Source: Vicinamibacterales bacterium
GTDB taxonomy: Bacteria > Acidobacteriota > Vicinamibacteria > Vicinamibacterales > UBA8438
Direction of reading: 5' to 3'
DNA: 64,000 nt
Assembly: GCA_965208535.1 (NCBI GenBank)
Contig: CBDBOU010000002.1
Span: forward strand, 2,179,701-2,243,700
The notes beneath the pieces were generated by a model. It was given only the letters and a program-made list of their open reading frames with translations, did no database searches and had not been told where the DNA came from. Positions 15,984-23,917 of this stretch are shown here, piece by piece (position 1 is the stretch's first letter; every line of letters starts with the position of its first letter). The translations under genes were made by a program, and so were the position numbers.

Positions 15984-18909
15984 TCAGAGCCTCGGGTCGA
16001 TCGGCTCGGCCTCGAGCGCGAGGATGGCGAACACGGCGCGGTGGACGTTGCGGAGCGGCGCCTTGGCGACGAACTGTTCCAGCGCCTCGATGCCGAGCGC
16101 GAACTCGCGCAGCGCCAGCGTCATCTTGCGGCCGGTGTTGCGGCGGCGCAGCCGCTCAAGCTGGTCGGGCGCCGTGTACTCGGGACCGTAGATGATCCGC
16201 AGGTACTCGCGTCCGCGGCACTTCAGCGCCGGGGCGGCTACGCCCCGCTCGGTGCGGGTGATGAAGTCCGCGGGCTTGACGACCATGCCTTCCGAGCCGC
16301 TTTCCGTTCGCTCGGTCCACCAGGCCGTGGCTTCGGCCACTTCGCTGTCGTCGTCGACATCGACCTCGCGGTGTTCGGTGGTGGTGAGGATGCCGTCGGC
16401 GCCGCATATGCGTTGGGCCAGTTCCATGTGCCAGCGGTGCGGCTTGTCGGCGTGTACGGCGCCTTCGGTCGCCAGCACGTGGAACGGCGCGACCTTCAGG
16501 CCTTCGATACCTTCGACGGGCCAGCTGTAGCGCCGATAGGCTTCGTCGTAGCAGGCGGTGAGCGCGGCGCGCTGTCTGAAGCGGTCGAGCAGGCCGGAGA
16601 TCTCGATGTCTCTGTCAGCCGCCTGCCGCAGTGCGGCCGTCGCCTCGCGGAGTCCCGTCCGCGCCGCGTCGCCCGCCGGCTCGTAGTGGTTGCGGATGAG
16701 TCCGCCGCCCTTGGCGGACCACGGCATGATCTCGGTGTCGATGACGGCCCAGGCGGTGTCGAGCGTGGACCATATCCGGGCATAGTCGAGTCCGGCCCGG
16801 ACCTGGTCGAGCACCTGCCGTTCGATGCCGGCGTCGTCGAAGAAGCGGCGTCCCGTGCGCGTGTGGATGATGCCGCCGTTGTCGTTGCGTACGCCGAATC
16901 GCTCCTCGGCGGCCGCGGCGTCCCGGCCGAGCACGATGATGGCCCGCGACCCCATGTGCTTCTCCTCGCACATGACGCGGCGGATGCCCCGGGCGCGGAA
17001 GTACCCGAACGCCTCTGCCGGGTGCTCGAGCAGCCCCTCGACGGTCGCCGAGGCGCACGGGGCCACGGTCGGCGGCAGGTAGACGAGCCAGCGCGGGTCG
17101 ACGGCGAATCGCGCCATCGTCTCGAGCGCGGCCGCGCAGTTCTCCGGGCGGACCGATACGCTTCCGGCGATGCGCGTGTGCAGCCGCAACGGTCCGGCGA
17201 CGTCGTCGAGGTCGAGCAGCGCGTCGCTCTCCTGCTGGCGGGTGGGGCCGGTGGTCGACCGCAGCGCCGCGGCCAGCGTCTCGGGCGGCTTGGCCCAGGC
17301 GCGTTCCGCCGGTACGGACACCAGCTCGCGCTCCGGCCAGCGCAGCGCGGTCAGGCGCCCGCCGAAGGCGCAGCCGGTGTCGATGCAGATCGTGTTGTTG
17401 ACCCACTCGGCGCGCCCGGCCGGCGTGTGGCCGTAGACCACGGCCGCGCGGCCGCGGTAGTCCTTTGCCCAGTCGAGCCGTAACGGCAGGCCCTCGGCGT
17501 CGGTCTCGCCCGTGGTCTCCCCGTAGAGGCCGAAGTCGCGTACCTGGCGCGAGGTGCGGTTCTGCAGCTCCTCCTTCATGCCGGCGTGGGCGACGACGAG
17601 CCTCCCGCCGTCGAGCACGTAGTGGCTCGGCAGCCGGTCGAGGAACTCCGCCACGCGCTTGCGGAACTCCTCGGGCGTCGCTTCGAGCTGCTCGAGCGTC
17701 TGCATCAGTCCGTGCTTGCGCTCGACGTTGCGGCCGGCGAGCGCGCGGGTTGCCGGGGATCGCCAGCGCGCTGCCGGTCTCGACCATGTCCATGACCAGC
17801 GCCAGGGCGCCGGCGCTGTCGGGGCCGCGGTCGACCAGGTCGCCGACGAACACGGCGGTGCGGCCCGCCGCCGGCGTGACGCGGTAGCCGGGGCCTGTGG
17901 CCGTGTCGTTGCGCTCGACGCGGTAGCCGAGCTTTCCTAGCAGCGTCTCGAGCTCGCCGCGGCAGGCGTGCACGTCGCCGACGATGTCGAACGGGCCCGT
18001 CAGGTCCCGGCGGTCGCAGTCGAGCGGCTCGCGGACGAGCTCGGCGCCGCGGGCGTCTTCGGGCGAGCGCAGGCGGTGGCGGCGCCGGAAGCCCTCGGCG
18101 GAGAGCTTCTTCATCCAGCGCTGCATCGAGCGCCACTGGCGGCGCACGGCATGTGGGGGACGCGCGTCGGCACCCCGGGCGGCGTTCTGTGCAAGGCAGT
18201 CGCGCTCGGTCAGGTCGAAGGCGATGGCCGTCAGCGGGGCGTGCTCGTCGCGCGCGAGCCGCACGTAGCGCTTGCGGTCGTCGGGCGAGACGTTGGTGGC
18301 GTCGATGACGGTGAGCCGCCGGGCGCGCAGGCGCCTGGTGGCGATCGCCTCGATGACGTCGAAGGCGTCCTTCGTCGTCGTGGCGTTGCGCTCGTCGTCG
18401 CCGACGACGCTGCGGTAGTGGTCCGAGGAGAGGACCTCGGAGGGGCGGAAGCAGCGCTGGGCGAACGTCGTCTTGCCCGACCCGCTGGGGCCGACGAGGA
18501 CGACGAGGCCGTAGTCGTGGATCTTCAGTTGCATCGGTGGAACGGTCCTGCTGCGGTCCTCGTTCGTGTTCACGTGGCGGAGCGGGCCGCGTGCAGCGCC
18601 GCATTCGCGCATGTATCCGACGGCTTCGGCTGCGGCGTCGGGATGGTTCGTCGAGACGGGTGTCACATCGGCCGGCGTGATGCCCGGCATCTTGCGGACG
18701 AGTCCGCCGAACACTTCTTCGAGCCACCCGCACGGGTACCCGAACTCGGCGTCTTCGAGCTCGACGCTGAGCGTCTGGCCGCGGGCCGCGGCTTCCCGCA
18801 CCTGCGGGATCAGCACGTCGTTGCGGAACTCCTCGCCCGAGCAGGCGCCCTGTTCGCGGTAGCGCGGTCCCGGGTGTCTGACGTCAGCGCGCAATCGTGT
18901 TTCCGTCAT
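15984..18909 (-). pseudogene. pnkp: Polynucleotide kinase-phosphatase/ligase Pnkp with N-terminal STAS-like (DUF4325-like) extension, interrupted near 17745
   Basis: The upstream frame (part of track ORF 16615..19275) reads MTETRLRADVRHPGPRYREQGACSGEEFRNDVLIPQV..FGYPCGWLEEVFGGLVRK (STAS-like). It continues as MQLKIHDYGLVVLVGPSGSGKTTF (the canonical Pnkp kinase N-terminus), GDVHAC and VFVGDLVDRGP..ALAIPGN. The rest (RALAGRNVERKHGLMQTLEQLE.., VVAHAG, VVYGHTP, and the ligase part with EEKHMGS, MVVKP) is in another frame (track ORF 15984..17705). The total length is not a multiple of 3. Confidence 0.8.
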
Positions 18910-19328
18910 TTCTTCGGGTTCGCGGCGTCTTCCGTTTCCGTGTTGGCCTCGAGGAACTCCTCGACGGTCTCGAACACCGGCGCGTTCCAGTCGAGCTGTT
19001 CCGCCAGCCGGTCGGCGAGGTCCTCGTCGTTGCCGATGCCGGGCCACGGCATGCCGGCGCTGTCGCGCAGCTGCAGCAGGAGGTAGCCGGCGCAGTGCTG
19101 GGTCTGCTCGCCGGAAACGTAGGTTTCCTCTCCGGTGAACGGGTTCTCGTCGCACTCGGGGGAGAGGTGACAGGGGAAGCCGTGGCGGTAGGCGTGTTCC
19201 TCGATCTCTTCGGCGCGCTCGCGCCCGCGGAACGTGATGCGGGTGTCGTCGGTCCGGAACGGGCAGTGCTTGCAAGGTTCCTTCAGGTCGAACGCATCGT
19301 CTTTTCCGTGTCGGCTCCGGGCCGTCAG
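18906..19328 (-). CDS. Cys/His-rich small protein between hen1 and pnkp (start codon unclear)
   Basis: ..DDAFDLKEPCKHCPFRTDDTRITFRGRERAEEIEEHAYRHGFPCHLSPECDENPF..QTQHCAGYLLLQ.. Its stop overlaps the pnkp ATG (ATGA at 18909-18906). There is no in-frame ATG, GTG or TTG after the hen1 stop. The only candidate start is a CTG overlapping the hen1 TGA (CTGA at 19328-19325). Confidence 0.55.
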   Translation of the reverse strand: MTARSRHGKDDAFDLKEPCKHCPFRTDDTRITFRGRERAEEIEEHAYRHGFPCHLSPECDENPFTGEETYVSGEQTQHCAGYLLLQLRDSAGMPWPGIGNDEDLADRLAEQLDWNAPVFETVEEFLEANTETEDAANPKK

Positions 19329-20680
19329 TCGCGGCGGTGGAACAGCGCCCGCTGGGTGGGTGCGCCCACCTCGGCGTCCTCGGGGCCGATCTCGCCGATC
19401 TCGACCCGGTACCCGTGGCGCTCGGCGGTCGCGCGGGCCCAGGTCCCGAACTCTTCGCGCGTCCACTCGAAGCGGTGGTCGCGGTGGCGCAGCTTCCCCG
19501 GCTCGAGGAACTCGAACCGCACGTTGTGCTCGCGGTTCGGCGTGGTCAGTGCGACCAGCGCGGGCCGGGCATGGCCGAACAGCGAACGCTCGAAGGCGTC
19601 GAGCCGTTCGGGGTCGATGTGCTCGACGACCTCGACGACGGCGGCCGCGTCGTACCCCGCGAGCCGTTCGTCGCGGTAGGTGAGCGCGGACTGGATCAGC
19701 CGGATGCGGCCGTCGCCGCTCTTTCTGCGGCGCTTGAGCTTCAGCCGGCGGTCGGCGATCTCGAGCGCGTGTACCGACGCGTCCGTGCCGGTGATCTCGG
19801 TGAACTCGGGCACGTCTGCGAGTCGGCGCAGCAGGCGGGCCTGGCCGCAGCCGATGTCGAGGATGCGCCTGGCGCCGGCCTTGCGGAACGTCCCGATGAC
19901 CCATTCGTGGCGCGCCTGGTGCAGGCTGACGCGCTCGGGGGGCTCGGTTTCTGCGTCGGCGTCGCCGTCCTCGGCGTCGTCGGGAACGCGCAGGCGCGCG
20001 GCGGCGTCGGCGGCCAGCGTGTGCCGGTGGCCGAGGTAGCGGCGGACGATGACGTCCTTCTGCGGGTGCTCCTCGAGCCAGCCCGCGCCGTGGGCGAGGA
20101 GTTTTTCGACCTCGGCCTCGCCGATCCAGTAGTGCTTGCGGTTGTCGGCGACGGGCAGCAGCACGTAGACGTGGTTGAGCAGCTCGGCGAGCGTCTTCGT
20201 CGCCCGCAGCCGCACGTTGCGGTAGCGCGGGCGCTCGTCGTCGGGGTCGGCCGTGGTCTCGACGTCGTAGCCGAGCGGTCCGAACAGGTCCTCGACCAGG
20301 GTCTCGGCGCCGCGGCAGGGGACCGCGGCCAGCGTCGCCTCGAGCGGGATCGGGGCACCGGCCAGCTCGGGGCGTTCCTTCGCGCGGCCGCTCATCGCGG
20401 TCCCGAACACGCGGGCCATCGCCACCGAGAGGAACGACGAGGAGACGTACGGCCGGTCGTTGACGTAGTCGGTGAGCACGGCGCCCGGGCCGCGGACCAG
20501 CTTCAGCGGGTCGATGTCGAGCAGGAGTGCGGCGGTGCAGCGCTCCGGCGTGGCCTCGGTGTAGAAGACGTGGGCGCTACCGAAGGCCAGCTCGAAGGTC
20601 TGCGCGCGGGCCGGGTTCTTGTGCAGCAGGTAGCCCAGGTCGGTCGCCGGGCGGTGCGTGGTGGAGATGGTCAGCAGCAT
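19325..20680 (-). CDS. hen1: Bacterial Hen1 3'-terminal RNA ribose 2'-O-methyltransferase
   Basis: MLLTISTTHRPATDLGYLLHKNPARAQTFELAFGSAHVFY is a characteristic bacterial Hen1 N-terminus. The SAM-methyltransferase motif ILDIGCGQARLL and VVEVVEHI are in the C-terminal half. Confidence 0.9.
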   Translation of the reverse strand: MLLTISTTHRPATDLGYLLHKNPARAQTFELAFGSAHVFYTEATPERCTAALLLDIDPLKLVRGPGAVLTDYVNDRPYVSSSFLSVAMARVFGTAMSGRAKERPELAGAPIPLEATLAAVPCRGAETLVEDLFGPLGYDVETTADPDDERPRYRNVRLRATKTLAELLNHVYVLLPVADNRKHYWIGEAEVEKLLAHGAGWLEEHPQKDVIVRRYLGHRHTLAADAAARLRVPDDAEDGDADAETEPPERVSLHQARHEWVIGTFRKAGARRILDIGCGQARLLRRLADVPEFTEITGTDASVHALEIADRRLKLKRRRKSGDGRIRLIQSALTYRDERLAGYDAAAVVEVVEHIDPERLDAFERSLFGHARPALVALTTPNREHNVRFEFLEPGKLRHRDHRFEWTREEFGTWARATAERHGYRVEIGEIGPEDAEVGAPTQRALFHRRD

Positions 20681-20717
20681 CGTGTCGTTCCGGTGCGGTG
20701 CGGTCGCTCGGTGTCGG

Positions 20718-21251
20718 TCACGCCGGGTCCTTCCCGGCGCCGGGTTTGCCGTAGTGCGCCTCGTACTCCATGCGCAGCATGTTGTTCGGTGAACTCAGCG
20801 CGCGTACCAGGGCGCGTCCGGTCTCGCAGTTCGGGTTGTCGGCCGCCGTGGCGAGGTGTTCGACGACGGCGGGGTCGATGTCGAGGATACGCGCGATCTC
20901 CGCCCTGTGCGGGCCTTCGTGCAGGATGGCCGCGGCGGCGTACAGCGTGGCCTCGCGGTCGAGGCTCTCGGGCGCGGCGTCCGGGTCCTCCTCGTCGAGG
21001 TGCTCGCGGACGTGCTGCCGCTCGCGGTCCACCGCCTCGGCGAGCTTCCGGTGCTCCGGGTCCTGCAACAGCGCGTCGATACGGTCGCCGCGGTGGATCG
21101 TTGCGGTCGCCAGCGGGCACAGCCGCAGTTCCGGGTGGTTGTCGGTGTCCTCGATGGCGACGTACCGGATGCTGCCGAAGTACAGGCCCCAGCAGTAGTC
21201 GCGGAGCTCTTTCTTCAGCATCTCGATGGCCTTGCGGGTCGGTCCGGTCAT
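20718..21251 (-). CDS. Hypothetical protein, tandem paralog 1 (177 aa)
   Basis: MTGPTRKAIEMLKKEL..CPLATATIHRGDRIDALLQDPE..ATLYAAAA..GRALVRAL. It aligns along its full length with the 21274..21807 product. Confidence 0.65.
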   Translation of the reverse strand: MTGPTRKAIEMLKKELRDYCWGLYFGSIRYVAIEDTDNHPELRLCPLATATIHRGDRIDALLQDPEHRKLAEAVDRERQHVREHLDEEDPDAAPESLDREATLYAAAAILHEGPHRAEIARILDIDPAVVEHLATAADNPNCETGRALVRALSSPNNMLRMEYEAHYGKPGAGKDPA

Positions 21252-21273
21252 GACGGGTCTTTGCGGTCGCGGG

Positions 21274-21807
21274 TCATTCCGCGGCGTCGGGGTTGCCGTA
21301 GTACGTCTCGTACATGGCCCCCAGCCACTCCGAGGCCGGGTCCAGGGCGCGTATCAGCGCTCGGCCAGCTTCCGAGTGCGGGTCGTCGCTCGCGTCGACG
21401 AGGGCGGCGATGGTGTTCTCGTCCATCCGGAGGATCCGTTGCGTCACGACGTTGTGGGGGAAGGTGTCCACGAAGGCCGCGGCGGCGTGCAGCGTCGCGT
21501 CGCGTTCCAGGTCCTCGGCGTGTTCCGGCGTGCGGTGGTGGTTCACCGCCTGGAGGTGTTCGCGGATTCCCGGGCGGACCGAGGCCACCCAGTCGGTGAA
21601 CTCCTGCTGCTCCGGGTCCTGCAGGAGCTCGAGCATCCGGTCGCCCTGCTCGTACGCCGCCATGGCGAGCGGGCAGATCGTCCGTTCGCCGTGTCCATGG
21701 GTATCCTCGAGAGAAGTGCACACGATGCGTCCGCGGTTAAGTTCCCACGGGTGCATGTCGAGTTGCTTCCCCAGTGTTTCGATGGCCTTGCGGGTCTGTC
21801 CGGTCAT
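21274..21807 (-). CDS. Hypothetical protein, tandem paralog 2 (177 aa)
   Basis: MTGQTRKAIETLGKQL..CPLAMAAYEQGDRMLELLQDPE..ATLHAAAA..GRALIRAL. It has the same length as its neighbour and shares those sequence blocks. Confidence 0.65.
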   Translation of the reverse strand: MTGQTRKAIETLGKQLDMHPWELNRGRIVCTSLEDTHGHGERTICPLAMAAYEQGDRMLELLQDPEQQEFTDWVASVRPGIREHLQAVNHHRTPEHAEDLERDATLHAAAAFVDTFPHNVVTQRILRMDENTIAALVDASDDPHSEAGRALIRALDPASEWLGAMYETYYGNPDAAE

Positions 21808-21870
21808 GTGCGTCCTCTGGTGTGGTGCGTGTGGTCGGGTTTGTTGCGGCGCTCGGGGGCGACGCTTCGG

Positions 21871-22653
21871 CTACTCGTTCGTTTCGACGCTGATTTCGAC
21901 GGCGTCGACTCCCGGGTGCTTGACGACGCGTACCGTGCTTCGGTCGGGGATCAGGTGTGCGACGCGGTGCTGGATGGAATAGCGGAGCTTCTCGTCTCTG
22001 GCGGCGGTTTTGTCGAGCAGTAGATCGCACGCCGCGTAGTACGCGTTTTCCCGGGAGTCCTTCAGCTGGGTTTCGAACGAGTCGTCGTTCTCGTCGCCGC
22101 CGGGTTCGAAGACCGCGTCGTGGATGAGGACACTCAGCTCGTCGATGTCGAGCCTGCTGCCGGCGCCGAGAAGGACGCCTGCGGTCGTCGCGTCGGACTC
22201 GTACTCGTCGGCGACGGCGAAGTCGGTGGGAAGCTTCAGTGTCCGCGTGTCGTTGTCGTCGTTGCCGCGCTGCAGGACGGCGTGGACCGTGATGGCGTCG
22301 ACCGACGCGTGGTTGTTGTAGTCGTCCACCCCGTTCCGCGGGCATTCGAGCGTGACGGTCTTGCCGTCCAGCCGGTACTCGATGCGCATGGCGACGATCC
22401 GTTCGAGACCGTCGTGCCAGGGCGTCCGCTCGCTGAGCGGTACCGGGTCGAACAGCCGCTTGGCGAGACCGTTCCGCTCGGCGGCCCGGTGGAGCGTCAC
22501 CCGGTCGCGGTTCTCCGGCAGGCCGCCCAGTGCGACGAGGATCGGCGGGTCGCCGATGGCGGCCGTCGTGTCGAACGTCTCGAAGACTTCTTCTTCGCGG
22601 TTCCAGCTTCGCGGGCGCCACCGGCGCAGGCTTGCGGGTGCGGTTGCGTTCAT
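21871..22653 (-). CDS. Hypothetical protein (260 aa, acidic)
   Basis: Coding-like composition with no recognised motif. Its start overlaps the stop of the upstream gene by 4 nt (22653/22656). Confidence 0.6.
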   Translation of the reverse strand: MNATAPASLRRWRPRSWNREEEVFETFDTTAAIGDPPILVALGGLPENRDRVTLHRAAERNGLAKRLFDPVPLSERTPWHDGLERIVAMRIEYRLDGKTVTLECPRNGVDDYNNHASVDAITVHAVLQRGNDDNDTRTLKLPTDFAVADEYESDATTAGVLLGAGSRLDIDELSVLIHDAVFEPGGDENDDSFETQLKDSRENAYYAACDLLLDKTAARDEKLRYSIQHRVAHLIPDRSTVRVVKHPGVDAVEISVETNE

Positions 22654-22655
22654 CG

Positions 22656-23201
22656 TCAGGCTCCTCGTGTGTCGTGGCGCAGTTCCGACCAGAGCGGATA
22701 TGCGCGAGCGTGGAACGGCATCAGGTAGGCGAGTGCGGGCGCGGTCGCGTCCTCTCCGGTCCAGACGCCGATGGGCATCTTCGCGTCGTTGTTGCCGGGG
22801 TCGGCCGCGCGCCAGATCGTTCCCGTTCGCCGGTGGCGCCAGAGGACGTAGGCGGCGATGTCGGCGGGGAGGACCAAGCTGTCGATCAGCCAGAAGAGTG
22901 GTCGTCCCATTACGAGCGACCAGCCCAGGGGCCTTTGCACGGGCGAGTTCCGCACGTTGCCGATCCAGGGCGTGCTCTTTGTGTCGATGCAGTGGAAGGG
23001 CTCGGCGTCGTCCGGCTCCGGCGGTTTCCGGTGCAGGAACATGTTGCTCCCGTCGTGGCTGTAGCGCGTCGTCCCGCAGACCTGGATCGTCCGCGGGCAG
23101 TCCGGGCGGGGGACCGCGACCGGAGTGAAGCCGTCGAACGGACGCGGCCTCATCTCGTCGAGCGTGGCGACGAGGTCGCGCCAGGATGCGGGTTCACGCA
23201 T
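22656..23201 (-). CDS. Hypothetical protein (181 aa)
   Basis: Trp-rich and protein-like. It overlaps the upstream gene by 8 nt (23194/23201). Confidence 0.6.
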   Translation of the reverse strand: MREPASWRDLVATLDEMRPRPFDGFTPVAVPRPDCPRTIQVCGTTRYSHDGSNMFLHRKPPEPDDAEPFHCIDTKSTPWIGNVRNSPVQRPLGWSLVMGRPLFWLIDSLVLPADIAAYVLWRHRRTGTIWRAADPGNNDAKMPIGVWTGEDATAPALAYLMPFHARAYPLWSELRHDTRGA

Positions 23202-23883
23202 TCTCGTCCTCGTCCCTGTCGACTGGCGCGAGCACCAGCACGTGGCTGTGCCATTTGCTCAGGATCCAGTGGCCCCACATCGCCCAGCCGCCGTAGACCG
23301 TTCCGCACAACGCCGCCAGTCCGATGTCGACGGCAGGGTGCAGTCCGGTCGGCGTCAGCAGCGATCCGGCCGCGGTTGCGGCTGCCGTCACGATCCCCGC
23401 GGCCGCGCGGGTGGTCCGGTGGTGGAACGCCGGGTACCGCGGCGCGTGTGCGCCGACCACCTCGATGATGCTCGCGATGGTCGCGCGGCGCCATGCGCCG
23501 TCCCTGCTCGTCACGCTCAGCCGTGTGTGTCCGTCGCAGGCGTGCATGCGGATGGCGTCGTCGTCGACCGCCGCCAGGCGGCGCGTTGCACTCAGCGACC
23601 AGTCGCGGCTGCGCACCGGCTCGTTCAGCCCGTCGAGGTCGCTCTCGTCGATCCGCACCGTCTCGCGGTTCCGCCGATTCCACGTTGCGGAGAACGTCAC
23701 GCGCGGTTCGTCCAAGCCGTGCCGGTCCGGGACCCGCGTGCCGTCGGCGCTTTCCATCGCCGTCCGCGCGGCGTCGCACAGCGCGTCCAGCGCGGCGCGG
23801 TCGACGCGTACCGGCGGCAGCTTCACCTCCGCCGTGGTCACTCCGCTTTCGTTCCGGGCCTTTTCGCCCTGTGTCGTCGTCAT
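23194..23883 (-). CDS. Hypothetical membrane protein (C-terminal hydrophobic helices)
   Basis: The C-terminus AAAGIVTAAATAAGSLLTPTGLHPAVDIGLAALCGTVYGGWAMWGHWIL suggests two transmembrane segments. Confidence 0.6.
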   Translation of the reverse strand: MTTTQGEKARNESGVTTAEVKLPPVRVDRAALDALCDAARTAMESADGTRVPDRHGLDEPRVTFSATWNRRNRETVRIDESDLDGLNEPVRSRDWSLSATRRLAAVDDDAIRMHACDGHTRLSVTSRDGAWRRATIASIIEVVGAHAPRYPAFHHRTTRAAAGIVTAAATAAGSLLTPTGLHPAVDIGLAALCGTVYGGWAMWGHWILSKWHSHVLVLAPVDRDEDENA

Positions 23884-23917
23884 GGTCGCTCTCGTGGTGC
23901 GAGTGTGCGGGGGCGGC

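Noticed and set aside
19510-19520. An 11-nt match (ACTCGAACCGC) to the T-arm/3' part of tRNA-Thr, considered as a possible distal att repeat.
   Set aside because: It lies inside the hen1 coding sequence, is short, and does not include the tRNA 3' acceptor end. It is most likely chance.
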